A stretch of 64,000 nucleotides of DNA from Vicugna vicugna. Its lineage: Eukaryota. This document shows, piece after piece, positions 39,560 to 51,490 of the stretch; positions within the stretch are counted from its first letter, which is position 1, and each line of letters begins with the position of its first letter. Position numbers and translations under genes: made by a program. The notes below the pieces were generated by a model. That model worked only from the letters and a program-made list of their open reading frames with translations, searched no databases and had not been told where the DNA came from. The stretch is from positions 5,392,963 to 5,456,962 of the forward strand of contig MU061579.1 of the NCBI GenBank assembly GCA_013265495.1. The letters are read 5' to 3'.

Positions 39560-42090
39560 TCGCCAGGTGGGGTCTGTTCTACTTATGAGTGAGCTGAATC
39601 TGTGGGCTGGTGGTTTTCCAGGATATGGGGTGTACCTGGTCTCCAGGGCTGGGTCAGTGGGGGCAGGCAGCACCTGGTAACCATATTCCCTGAGAGCTTT
39701 GATGGTTTCTCCTACCTGGAGGGCACACTTGAATTGTTCCATTTCAGAGGACTAAGATACCCCTTCTCTCAGGCTTGGAGAATGGGTCTACCCCACGTGA
39801 GCTCAAATGCACTTAAATTTATCGCCTGGGGCTAACTGCATACAGAGCAGGGAAATTGCGGTTTCCTGACACATAGCTTGTCCAAAGCCTGTTTCAAGGT
39901 CTGATTGGATCTCTCTGCTTTCCCAGTGATTCAGCTGCTTTTTCAGTTCTAGTGAGGAATGCTTCTATCTACCAAGAAAATGTGTCCATTAGCACCAAGA
40001 GATACCTGAAGTTGCCCAGTACTCTTGGCATGACAGTGAAATGAATCTGTCAATGTGCTCCAGGATATGTCTTTCTGATCTGAATGGGGCGTATCTGGGG
40101 GCCGCTGGGGACTCTGGTATTGGGATTGTCATTGTGCAGAAAGGGCAGGTCTCATCTATCTGACTGATTATACTTTTCATGCAGAAGTTGCTGTGACCTC
40201 AACCAACTAACTATACAGGGCTTCCCTCCCATAGTGAGTTCCTTGTGAGCCTTCCTGATGGCTTGACAAGCCGCAGTTCGGGGAAAGAAGTATTTGTGGA
40301 GACTGAGGAATAATTGGATGGATCTGGCCCTGGAGGTGAGGGAATAGCTGCCAAGTTACTGGTTCTAGGTCCACCCTTTTGGCAGTTGTGTCCTCCTTGT
40401 TTCCCTGTATTACCTCCGCATCCCCCTTTTGAGGACCCCTTGATGAATCACTGGCACATTTTTTGGAAGCTGTACTGCTTCTAAGAACTTTAATATGCTT
40501 CAGCCATGTTTCGCCTGTTTATTCTCCACAGTAAGCATACCTCTTTCCTTTCACATAGCCCCGTATGTGTGTGTAGGATGGCATATGCATACTGGCAATC
40601 TGTAAACATTTAAGATTTTCCCTGTCCTGAGATCTAAGTCTGGGGTGAGGGCTATCAGCACCACTTTTTGGACGGAAGTCCCTGAGGGTAGGCTTCTTGC
40701 TTCCATGACGTGGGTCTGGGGCCTGGGAGGTTACTGCATATCTTGCCAGCCTTTTTCCTTCTCTCATAGACATATTCTCATCTGTCAACCCTTCCTCTTC
40801 AGCATTTGGGAGAGGCTCACTTCCTTGGTCAGAGTGGCTGGAATAGATTATGTCTACAATTTCTATACGGTCGTGCTCCAGGAGCCCTATTCCTGTGGGT
40901 AGCAGGGCGGCAGGATTTAGCTGTGACAGTTTTGTATGGTAGCCACTGGGTTATCTAAAAAGCATAGCCTGAGCTTGAGTCAACCTTCTGAGGGATAGCC
41001 ATTCTGTTCTCTTAGAACTAACTAAGGCCTGAACCTGGTGGGGAGTCCATATAGTGATTGACTGGCCAGATGTTAACTTTTCAGCCTCCTTTCGCAGGGT
41101 TGAAGTAGCTGCTACTGCCTGTAGGCAAGGAGGCCATCCCTCACTGGCTTGACCTAATTCTTTAGATAAATAAGCAACCACCTGAGTAAGGGGTCCCAGT
41201 TTTTGAACTAATACCCCAAGGATGATTCCCCTTCTCCAGAGCTAGGGATCCAGATACAGCAGAACTCAGCCATCCCCAGGAAACCCCTAAGCTGTCCTCG
41301 AGTTTTAGGAGGGTTGAGGCTGCAAATGGCTGCTTTCCTGTCCTGGGGTAGGTTGTTTGACCTTCTGTGAGAATGAGGCCTAAGCAGGCCACCCTGGTTT
41401 GTAATATCTGAGCCTTTTTCCTTGGATACTTTATGTCATACACTGGTTAGGTGGTTCAGAGTAGTTACAGCATTTCTGGCAGAGGCCTCCTTAGTAGGAC
41501 TGGCAATCAGAATGTTGTCTACATAATGGGAGAGGCTTCTCTCCTCCAGATTAGATTTTTTTAGGTCTTATCTAAATTTTCCCCAAAGATAGTAGGGGAA
41601 TTTTGAACCCTCAGGGCAGGATTATCCATCAGTATTGTTTTTGTCCCATGTTTTGGTCCTGCCACTCAAAAGCAAAGATTTCTTGTGACCCTGGGGCTAA
41701 TGGGATACAGAAGAAGGTGTATTTTAAATCTAATACTGAATACCAGGTCCTGGTAGATGATAGAGTGGCCAGCAGGATATAAGGATTAAGGATTATAGAG
41801 TGTATATCCTGCCTGGCTTCAATGACTGCCCTGAGATCCTGTTCCATCTGGTTTCTTTATGGGCAGAATGGGGGTTATTACAGGCTGATAGGCATGGTCT
41901 AACAAGGCCTGGTCAGTTAGGCCCTGAACAATGGGAACAATGCCCAACGAGGCTTCCCGACAGAGCGGGCAGTGTTTTCTACTGTGCCATGCAGGTCAGG
42001 GTTTTAGATGGACCACTGTGGGACTGGCTTCTACAGATCATCCCACTCATCACTGTGCCCAGACCTCAGGATTTACTCTGGGGTGATACC
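39560..42090 (-). pseudogene. pol: pol pseudogene (RT, RNase H, partial integrase) with many stops, frameshifts and deletions
   Basis: VNPEVWA; PILPIKKPDG; QDLRAV...NPYILL...WYSVLDLKYTFFCIPL; YVDN (decayed YVDD); VAYLSKEL...GWPPCLQAVAA; LNPAALLP; TDEN..REGKRLARYAV; GKAERSNQTLKQAL. Confidence 0.93.
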
Positions 42091-42449
42091 TGAAAACTTC
42101 AGTTCTGCAGGATGCACCCTAATGGGCTGTACTTCAGTGTGGTGGATGTTTTGGTTCCATTCAGACATGTTCTGGTTTTGGATTTGTTTCTAAACACCAA
42201 AGTGGGGCAGATGGAGTAATTTGTTGGCACACAAATGCCACAAGATTTGACCCAGATAAGATTTCTGGTTTGGGAAATTTGCATTCCTCCAAAGACCAAA
42301 ATAAGAGGCATCCAAATGGTGTGGAGATGTATAACTGGGGGGTCCCCCTTGAATCTGTAAGGTTTAGGGCTGAGACAGGCCTCCTCATGCAGCATGTCCC
42401 ACAGGAGCTTAGACAGGACGGCGTCCAGGCCAGAGCAGCTTAGCTGCGT

Positions 42450-43290
42450 CAGTTCCTGATCAGCTTGCTCCGTTAGGGCGGGAACACTGTCTGAGGCGGG
42501 GTCTTCTCTTTCTTACTTTCAGCCAAAAAGCAGGAGGTTTTGGACATCCCAGTAGGTGAGAGCGAAAGCTCGACGGGCTCCCACAGGGTACTCCTCAGAG
42601 CCCTGGGGCAGCGGATTTCCTGTGCTAACGCAGGGCGGCGAGCCTGTGGATCCTTGTTTGGTAAAGAATCACTCAGAGTACACCTCTGGAGCAGAGAGGG
42701 GAGGAGAGGTTGCGTGGTGGGTGTTTCCTGGTCTTGTAAGCAGCTCATGGGGCTCCCCAGCCCACTTCAGAGAAACCAGCACTGACCAGAAGTAGTCAGG
42801 TCTCCTGTTGCACGTCTGCCTTGGGATTCTTTCCCCCTCTAGTGTCCTAGTGCCGTTTCCTGAATTCAGATTGAGTGACTTTCTGTTTTGTTGAGTGGTG
42901 CTTATCACCTGGGCCTTTTCCCAGTCCCCCGTCTTGGCTCTCAGGGCCGGCCACCTTCCTTTAATGAACCAAAAGTGACTATGGAGAATGCTAGTTTTGA
43001 CCCCTGGAGGTCAGCAAGGAGGGCAGAAAGCCCTGGTGCAGCCTCTACTGCCTTGTGCAGGGCGGTCAAGAGCCTGGTGCTACTGGCAAAACAGTGCAAG
43101 ACTGCTGTGGCTCCCTCTTGTCCATAGGTCCCCACTGTCCCCAGGTGTCCAGTACCATTGGAAGGCCAGCCGAGGCAGCAGACAGACATGTAAGTTTCAG
43201 TCTCCAATCCCCAGTGATGCCACAGTATGATCCCCTCAAGGAGGTGCAGTCCATATTACTCTGGGGGCTACCCTGTGTGTGCACCACACC
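42450..43290 (-). pseudogene. gag: Highly decayed gag-region remnants
   Basis: Lies between PBS and pol. Fragments CCLGWPSNGT (matrix-like) and RAFALTYWDVQNLL (capsid-like, compare FDLTWRDVMLLL). Confidence 0.45.
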
Positions 43291-43486
43291 CAGGTATCAA
43301 GCAGGGTGCTGAGTAGGGTTGCTCTGAATTCAACTGAAGCCTGCTCCATCCTACTCTATCAGAGTGTACTCAACTATCAGAATCACTCATCTTCTTGCGA
43401 ACCTCCCAAAGCCTCCTCTGTCTTCCTGCTGGAGCCAGGGTGAGCCCAGAGCCTAGTAGATAGGTGCAGTGAAAAGGCCACGGTAC

Positions 43487-43504
43487 ATCCCATCTGGGTT
43501 GCCA
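43487..43504 (-). other. Primer binding site complementary to tRNA-Arg(CCG)
   Basis: Minus strand TGGCAACCCAGATGGGAT versus the recalled tRNA-Arg-CCG PBS TGGCGACCCAGATGGGAC (16/18; both changes look like CpG transitions). 6 nt from the LTR. Confidence 0.85.
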
Positions 43505-43510
43505 TAACTC

Positions 43511-44061
43511 TATTACTAACCCTCCCAAGTTGGTCCCCAACCCTTGTTGCCTTCTGCCTGGCGTCATTGGAGCCAATAGAACAAGACCGAGTTGGGTTCA
43601 GAAGCGAAGGAAAGCTTTACTCTTTGATCACAGTGGAGAGGTGCAGGCTCATGCTCTGAAGTGCACACTTTCCCGCAAAGGCCCTTGGTGGGATTGCCTT
43701 ATGGACTCTTGCTGGTGGGAGAATTCTTGAGGTCCTGGTGCAACTGTGCTGCTCAGGGCACTCCAGATCGAAGCCCTGGGTGCAGCGTCTCTGCACAAAA
43801 TGCACTGTCGCCACCTTGAATTGAAATGTCCTATGCAGCGCTTCTGCACAAAGCCTGCCAAGCTGGTGTCAGGAGCAGCCATTACACACTAGGAATTCTG
43901 GTCTGAAGTAGTAGGGGGCAAGGACCCTGCACAAGGCGCCCTGTGAGCAAGTGAAACTAGACTAAGTGCAAAAGAAAAGGGGCAAAAAAATGTTAGATTA
44001 TTCTACTACCCAGATTCTATTTTTATTTCTCGAGAATTGTTAATGGGCTTTGCCAGTGACA
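43511..44061 (-). mobile_element. 5' LTR of the inner provirus (551 bp)
   Basis: Begins TGTCAC on the minus strand, is homologous to 38537-39010 at both ends, and is followed by the PBS. Confidence 0.9.
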
Positions 44062-44065
44062 GGAG

Positions 44066-44310
44066 GACACAACCTGCTGCAGATTAAGGTCATTAAGGTT
44101 GCAGCACTTATGACAAAGCCCGATTGAGACACTAATGGGTGGGATCCCTGTGAAACTGAGAAGAGCCAAGAGGAGGATGTTGTGGTGACTGACAGTGAGA
44201 CAGATGAAACACATGAAATGCAGGTGCCCTCAGCCCACATTACAAAGGAAGGCAAAGCACAGCAACAGCCCCAGCCGTGGTCCCTCCTCCAATTCAGGAA
44301 ACGTTCATGA
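44066..44310 (+). pseudogene. gag: Outer ERV gag relic (right part)
   Basis: GHNLLQIKV...ALMTKPD*DTNGWDPCE, resembling the ERV-L gag motif KVRAL...WDP. Confidence 0.55.
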
Positions 44311-44314
44311 TGAG

Positions 44315-44790
44315 AGAATATATTCCCACCAAGTTTATTGATATGGCTGCTGAGTCGGAATAAATGATAACCAACAAAGCCTGTCCTTACTGAACACTAA
44401 AATATCTTTAATGAGATGGATTGTCGATGGCTTTGGACATTATTAGTGCTACTCCAGGAGGCACCTGTGCCATTATCCAAACAGAATGTTTCATGTTTAT
44501 ACCTGATGTATCATCTTTGTTAAATCCCGTGAGGACACAGGTGAACATCTTGAGTGATCTGACCGCCCAGCTTAGGGAACTTAGTGAAGCAGTGCTTTGG
44601 ATCATGGGGCTCCTGGTGGAAAAAAATTGTTACTTATTTAGGAAATCATCTTAATCTGTATTCCTCTTACATGTGCCTGTATTGCTGTGGTGTCTGCCTC
44701 CAGTGCAGCCAGATATCTACCTCCATGCTAGTGAAACCCCCAGCTGGCCTCTCAGTGCACATTGTGCAAGAAAGGAAACATGTAAGATTT
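44315..44790 (+). pseudogene. env: Outer ERV gamma-type env transmembrane subunit relic
   Basis: LSLLNTKISLMR, then MALDIISATPGGTCAIIQTECFMFIPD (immunosuppressive domain and decayed CX6CC), then FGSWGSWWKK and Cys-rich CLYCCGVCLQC. Confidence 0.9.
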
Positions 44791-44819
44791 TAAGAGCAAG
44801 TTAGGAGGACTGGAGAAGG

Positions 44820-45219
44820 TTATCGAGAGGACATGACCGAAGATTGATCCTCAAGCTGGGCCCGGGTAATCAGCTCCACCCTCCACCCACCACCGTTGGA
44901 ATGTACATTCCACCCACCATTCCTACAGTGGGAGTCGTTTCCAAGGACACAGCCTCAAGAGAGTGTGTGTTGTTGTGACCATCTAGTTGGCATACGTGAC
45001 TGAACCCGGTTGAGGCCTCTCTTATATAGAAAATTTTGGTGGGCAGTTGTGGAGATCTACTCATCTTGCAGCCAAGACAAGCCTTGTAAGTCAGTCCCCT
45101 TGCTTATTAACTCTACCAGTCAGAGTGATCTGCCTCTTTCTTCTTCTCTTCTTGCCCTGCAGGTATAGGGGCCAGTTTCAGATCACACCTGGGAAACCCC
45201 AGAGGTATACGAACCATCC
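44820..45219 (+). mobile_element. 3' LTR of the outer ERV
   Basis: Follows env and the purine-rich aggaggactggagaagg; TATA-like ttatatagaaa at about 45022; homologous to 37810-38096. Confidence 0.8.
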
Positions 45220-45339
45220 GTATATTATATTTAGATGCTCGTATAAGTATAATGTGTACTTTAGCCCAAACGGTTATTATTCTAGTTTTACAGGTGAGTG
45301 ATATAAGGGGACAGTGCTCCATGAATAGTTAGTTGGACA

Positions 45340-45745
45340 TTTCTGCAAACTTGGGCATTTTTTGAGCAAAGAGCATTGGTATCAGATTTACGAGGAGAGA
45401 AAAATATACAAGTTTTAGCAAAATGCAAGTACAAATTACTTCAGGTGAAAGAGGCTACCCTCATTTGAGAAGCAGAAAGGTGGCTGACGTGGTTGAAGAA
45501 TAAAGATCTCTGGGAAGTTTATAAGGTGGAGTCAGAGGTAGGCAGACGGTGGAGGGCTGAGAGATGTGGCAACAAGATGAAAGTGTTGGTGCAGTGGGAA
45601 GCCATTTGATTTTTAAGTAAGAAAGAAATACAGTTTGGTTTTTGTTGTGTGAAGAGCTCCCTGGTAGATACTGTTAGAAGGGGGGAAATGGCAACAGAGA
45701 AAAAACAACTAGAAGACTTTCTGCAGTAGCTCAGGTTAGGAAGTT
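45340..45745 (-). mobile_element. LINE-2 fragment
   Basis: gcagtgggaagccatttgatttttaag and agaagactttctgcagtagctcagg motifs. Confidence 0.55.
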
Positions 45746-48224
45746 TTTAAGTTGCCCTATTTAGCCCACTAAATATTTTGCAACTTGTGTGAGCAAATTT
45801 ATATTTGCAAAACATTGTTTTAAAGTCAAATAACCCTAGATGACTTTTCTACAAGAAAATTGCAGCTTTCTGCCTCCTTTTATCCCTTCATTACATTGCT
45901 GCTCTTCCATGTGATGTTCCACAGCTTGAATACAATGTATAATTTGGAATATGAGGGTTTGGTGCTCTTTCCTCATCCTGTTTTCTCTTCTTCTCACCCA
46001 ACACTAAAACAAGATTTCATGTTTTTCATTACCCGGATTTACCGTAAAATAGGCCAGAACTTGAAACTCAAATGCCTAGCAAGCAGCTGGGTATTTTACT
46101 TTTTACATCACTCTGGTTTATTTTCTTTTTAGGCATGTTTGTTTGCTTGTTTTGGTCTATATGTTTTCATTCTGATAAACAAGTACCTAAATTATAACAA
46201 TTTAAAACTGCTCTGAAATTAAGTCATGCTTAGGAGATAGATGCTTCTCGTCACACAATATTTGCATTACATTTACTATTACTTCATTATTTTGTATTTC
46301 TTTAAGTATAATTTACTGAACAGTTATTTTATTTGTCTCGCTTGGTAAAACTTATGTATAAAATGACATCAGAAAACATGTCACTTTTTTTTAAAGTCAA
46401 ATTATAAATTAATCTATATATATTAAAGAGTTGTAATGACTTCCTACAAATGTCACATATCATCAGGAAACACTATGAATTGTCTAATATGGAAATCTGA
46501 TTGTGATATTTCCCGACTTAGAAATCTTCATTGACATCTCTTGCTCACTGGGTGGGAGGGGCAGGAAGAAAAGAAGCCTTGCATCACTTTTCTGGTGCCT
46601 AAATTTTAAAATTCATCGTAAGCCATTTCCAAACCTTCCTTCCCACTGTGCTCCTGCCACTAATGGTTGTACTTTTCAGAATATGCCATTGTGTGTTTAC
46701 TTCATGTTTTCGCATATGCAAAGCATATTGTCTCAAATGCTGTTCTCCATTTTGTGACCAATCAATATCTATCCAAATATGAAGCCCTCATTGAACATTT
46801 CTGACCTGTAAAGCTTTTGGCAATATTTTGGAAACAAGTTCAGCGTTTTTGTACCATCAGATATCTTAAATGTGACCCCACTGTAGCACTTAGAATGTCT
46901 ACTGTGATCGATGTTTCATCTCTTCGTCTGCAGTTCATGACTGAATTCCTAAAGGGCAGTTATGATAATATTTCATTCACTTTTGCATACACAGGTCTTC
47001 GCTCTGATAAAGACTTTGTTTCAGGGAGAAATGTTTAACGACTAACTGATTGAAAAAATAGATTGATTAAACAATGTTGATCCTGTCTTGAGGAATACAT
47101 CTGTGTAATAATCTACTTTGCTTCGGAGAGGTAGCCATACTTAAGGAATTATTAAGAAAATTTAAATACACAATAGAAATATTTTTGAAAAGACAATTTT
47201 ATAACATTTTATAGCCTGATTTTTATAACTTTATTTTTTCTTATATCTGTAATGTACATATGTGTATTTATACACGTAATTTATAACTTAATGTGTAACT
47301 TTATTTTATAACTGTATGTGTATTTTCCCCTTAGCAAATTCTTAAAAAAAATTGAAAATCAGATTTTATTTCACTCATCTTTTTGACAAATTGCTTACTT
47401 TAAAAATTTTTGTTTCTGAGGTGAAACGTTTATTTTATACGTGAAAAGTGCAACAACCGCATTGCTTGACTCACCTCATGGTAGACTGTGAAAAGCAAAG
47501 AAGCAAAGACTTTATTTTTATCCTTTTATCTTTGCCTTTGCTTTCATACCTTTTCATGAATTAATCACTTTGAGATAAATTGTGCAGTCATTATTCCTCT
47601 TGGAAAAACTTCTAACTGAAGTCAATTAATGAATCAGCTGAGAAAGCTGTAGCTTTACTAATTCTTACAGTGTTTAATCAGAAGGAAAATCTGTTTTAAT
47701 TTTATTTTATTTAGTCAGGGGGTCAGAATCAAGCAAATATGCCAATCTCTGGACAGTTTCTGAATCAAATAACTATTAACTTGAATTTATAAAAAGTTAA
47801 ATCAGAAAAGAACATGAACTAGAAAAATGAACAATATTGCTTTGGTGATAGACTTCATAATTGAGAAAAAAGTATCTTTCGTGAGGCTGGCTGAAGGCAG
47901 GAACTCTTCCTTACTTGTTTATTATATATTAGCCCCTGGACTAGACACTACAATTTTTCATATTAAATTCCTTAAGTCTCCCCTAAAGAGAAAATTGCAA
48001 ATCCTGATGAAAGGTTAAGAAGTTTAAATACAAACAGAAAAAGCAAACGTGGTATTATTACATGTGAAATTTATTTTAAGAGTCTTACATTATTTATGAC
48101 CTCATAACTAATGTAAATAAATAAAATAATTATGAAATATGTTATGCCTTCTAGAAATCACATTTCCAAACATTAATAATAAGTTCAAACATCACCTCCT
48201 CTACCATAAATTATCTAATGGTAT

Positions 48225-48605
48225 AATAAGTCATCTCAAAAGTTAGAGGGTTAAAATACCATTAATTTACCTCACATGTTAATGGTAGGCTCTTAGGCTG
48301 GGTTCAGCTGGCTGGTTTTGCTAATCTGGATCACACTTGGCTAATATCAGTTGGTCTCTGTGTGTGTCTAAAGTCACATAGTAGTTTGGCTGGAAACAAA
48401 GAGTATGAAAGTATGCAAGATATCTTGAGTCCTACACTCAAAATCAGAAAAGTATTGCTTCTGCCTCATTTGGTTGGTCTAACTTAATCCCAGCTAAATC
48501 AGATTTAAGGGACAGAAAAAGGAGGTGTTGTAAAATCACACGTAATGAAAAGGCATTCATACAAGGAGGAATTGATTTGTGGCCATTTTCACAGTCTACA
48601 ATACA
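48225..48605 (-). mobile_element. Old MLT1 (H/I/J-like) LTR
   Basis: ggctgggttcagctggctggttt, cttctgcctcatttggttggtc, tgtggccattttcacagtctaca. Confidence 0.6.
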
Positions 48606-48814
48606 ATATCCTCCTTAAAGCTTTTGATAATCCCTAAGGTCTATTGTCTTCTGCCTCTTAACTTCCGTATCACTCGTGACATTATAACCGGGATGATGCC
48701 TTTATAAAAAACGAAAAACATAATGATATTATAGTGTTTTTTATTAAAATCTTTTGCACATAGGTGTTATTTTCTCTTTTTAGGCAATTATCTAGAATGC
48801 ATAGACTTCATTTT

Positions 48815-49273
48815 TATGCATTGGATTCATAAGGGTTCACCAGAGAAACAGAAACAAGAGGATGTGTGTGTGCACACATGGGTATATATGTGTTTGTGCG
48901 CACACACACACGTGTGTATATGTGTGTCTTGGTTGGGGGGTGATTTCAATAACATGGCTCGCACTGTTATGGAAGCTAGCAGGCTGGAGGTGCAGGAAAG
49001 AATTTATTTTGCAGCTCAAATCTGAAGCATACTGCAGGTAAAATTTTCTTCTCTGGGGAGTCAATCTTTTTTCTCTTAAGGCCTTCAAGACTTCAGCTGA
49101 TTAGATGAAGCCCACCCACTGCATGGAGTGTAATCTGCTTTAATCAAAATCTACTAATTTCAATGTTAATCTCATTTAAAAATACTTCACAGCAACATCT
49201 ACACTAGCATTTGGCTAGTGAACATCTTAGTACCATGGTCTAACCAAATTGACACATAAAATTAACCTTCATA
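48815..49273 (-). mobile_element. MLT2 (ERV-L) solo LTR
   Basis: agggttcaccagagaaacagaa...gattagatgaagcccaccca...ccaaattgacacataaaattaacc. Confidence 0.9.
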
Positions 49274-49985
49274 CTTATCATTTACTATTCTCCACAGAAT
49301 TTCCAAATATCAGCATTTTAACTACAAATAATATTTCTAATAAATGCTACTGAAATAAAGAAAGCAATAAGTGAATGAATGAAAATGGTATCTAAGCAAA
49401 TAAGAATAATTTCCAATTCCATGGAGGTAGAGTTAAAAAGGCACTATCCTTCCTCTCTGTCGAATATTATTCCTAAATAACAAGCTTGGTTAGAAATGCA
49501 AACTTAATTTCCATCGTCAATGGTAATATGCATCATGGTATATAAAAAAGGGCTGCCAATGCAGTGAAGATCAAACCAGGGTGACAAAAATTGCCTAGAG
49601 AGGACAGCCTCTCTACACATCAAGCAGAGCCAGTAGAGTTCAGTTCTCCAAAGCAGACACCACACTAGGTAGGGGGAGAACAAACAAGCCCTTTTTTTGG
49701 AACCACTGGAAAGGAGTGCACAAGTTGGCATCATGATTCCCTTGGACCCTGTCACTACTGAATAGAAGGTGAAGACACATCAAAAGAGGAAAAGTAGACA
49801 TGCCATCTGCCAGAAGCAATCTATCAGTGAGACTGAGTAAAGATAAGAGAGGGAGGGAAGGAGGGAGAGAGGAAGAGAGAGCGAGAAACACACACACACA
49901 CATATACATACACATGGAGACTGAGATTACATTTTAAGTAACCAGTTAGCTACTGACCTCTGTTGGCTGAAGAATAAAAGCAAAT

Positions 49986-50020
<35 letters not shown>

Positions 50021-50026
50021 CACACG
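49986..50026. repeat. (CA)n microsatellite
   Basis: Directly visible, about 20 units with one interruption. Confidence 0.95.
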
Positions 50027-50523
50027 CTTAAGTGAGAAACAGGCAGAATTTTTCTGTTAAACGTTGTGTTGGCTCATTTATTCACTTTAGACATTCTACA
50101 AATGGCTTGGCAAAAAAAAAATTATTTAATCCAAATCAAAGTAAATAAGAATAAAAGGATGCAACAGCAGATCTATACACAAACATCATGAAAAAAGAAG
50201 AAAAGATAACAATAAAATGGCAGACAATGATCACTCATTGAAAAAATAGTGCTGTCCTTGGGCAGGTAAAACTTATGACCTAACACATTGCCATGAAGCC
50301 AGGGAAATAAATGAGTAAGCAATATGATTTCAGCCTACGCACTTCGAAAACAATGTGAGCCAGTTTCTTGAAAACAGTCTCTCTCTCTCAACATATAGTT
50401 GACTCAACAGCCCCCACCACTGTAATAAAGCATCATGTCTATGGAAAACCATAGAACTGCAAACAAATTCCAAGGCTATCAATAAGCAAATGATTCATTT
50501 TTCAGTAGCATTGTTTTCACTTG

Positions 50524-51082
50524 ATAAACTTTTTAAAATTTTAGCCTTTGTATCCTTCTCCCAGGCTGCCTGATATCCTCTGCCCAGCACCCCCATATTG
50601 TGCCTTGCCTGGGGATGGTGTTGGGGAGGGTGGGGAAGGAAATTATACCTATAGAGCTTGTAGAGCTACACCAGGAGTGGGGCCAACACCTCACCCCACC
50701 AGCTGGGTCTGGCCAGGGCATGGGGCAGCTCCCAACATCCCTGAGACCCAGAGGCTATGGCCAAGAGCCCCCATCCCCCATACCCACTCAAGACTTGGGG
50801 AGGAGGGGGATGGGGAGCATACCAAGATCCCCAGAGGCAGCTACAGGAGAGCAGGTCTTGCCAGGGAGAAGGCAAAGAACCAGTGAGATTTCTCGAGGTG
50901 CCTTTGTTTCCAGCCAGGGTTCCTTGACCTCTCCCTGAGATAGTGCCAACTACCTCCCTCTCCTACTTGCCAAGCCCGGAACCGGGGCACCCTGCCCCTT
51001 CCCACCAGCCAACAAGAAACAAAAGTACTGAAAACACCAGGCTTTGCTGCTAGCTTGTAGCTGTATCTAGTTGTAGCTAGAC
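50524..51082. other. GC-rich orphan insert, possible retrocopied mRNA/UTR fragment
   Basis: Sharp compositional shift from AT-rich flanks; bordered by imperfect direct repeats cagtagcattgttttcacttg / cagtagcgttttcctacttg. Confidence 0.4.
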
Positions 51083-51094
51083 AGTAGCGTTTTC

Positions 51095-51490
51095 CTACTT
51101 GGGGGAAAAAAGGAAAGTGATGTCTACCCTACCTCCTAGAGAAGTAAACTCAGGAGGAATGAAAGTTTTGAACACTAAAAATAAAATCCCAAAGGGATTA
51201 GTAGAAAATATGTGAGAATCTTTTATGTAAACTACTAGTGGGGAAGGATTTTCTGAGGATGTCTTTAAAACTACAAGCAAAAAGGAAACCAATAATTAAC
51301 ATACATACACACATTTCATGGACATATGTACATGCATATTTATATACATATATGTATACATATATACATAATTCCTAGAAAAATCACTAAAAAACATGTT
51401 TTAAAAGTTTTTGTGGTAAAACCAGCAAAGGCAATTCAAAATAAAATAATAATACAGGAAGATTATCTTTGCTATGGACTAATTTTCTTA
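51095..51490 (+). mobile_element. Old L1M ORF2-derived fragment
   Basis: taccctacctc...gtagaaaatatgtgagaat...gtggggaaggattttct, decayed L1 ORF2 motifs. Confidence 0.55.

Larger units (their letters stand above)
38537..44061 (-). mobile_element. Inner gamma-like (class I) endogenous provirus, 5.5 kb, internally deleted
   Basis: Two homologous LTRs, 4-bp TSD ggag (38533-38536 and 44062-44065), PBS, PPT, and RT/RNase H/IN motifs. Confidence 0.93.

Noticed and set aside
39560..42090. Functional reverse transcriptase or replication-competent provirus
   Set aside because: YVDD is mutated to YVDN, with many stops, frameshifts and deletions; gag and env are mostly lost.
43487..43504. tRNA gene
   Set aside because: Only an 18-nt match to a tRNA 3' end including CCA, next to an LTR; it is a PBS.
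44421..44654. env ORF as a syncytin-like captured gene
   Set aside because: Only 77 aa. SU is missing, the LQNR part of the ISD is deleted, CX6CC has become CX6CF, and the frame shifts before the membrane span.
45280..45299. Second AG|GTGAGT recursive-site motif
   Set aside because: Short pyrimidine tract with an upstream AG 8 nt away; resembles the MIR ttttacaggtgag core.
48862..48930. Purine-pyrimidine palindromic tract
   Set aside because: Ordinary (TG)/(CA) microsatellite decay at the usual simple-repeat position in MLT2.
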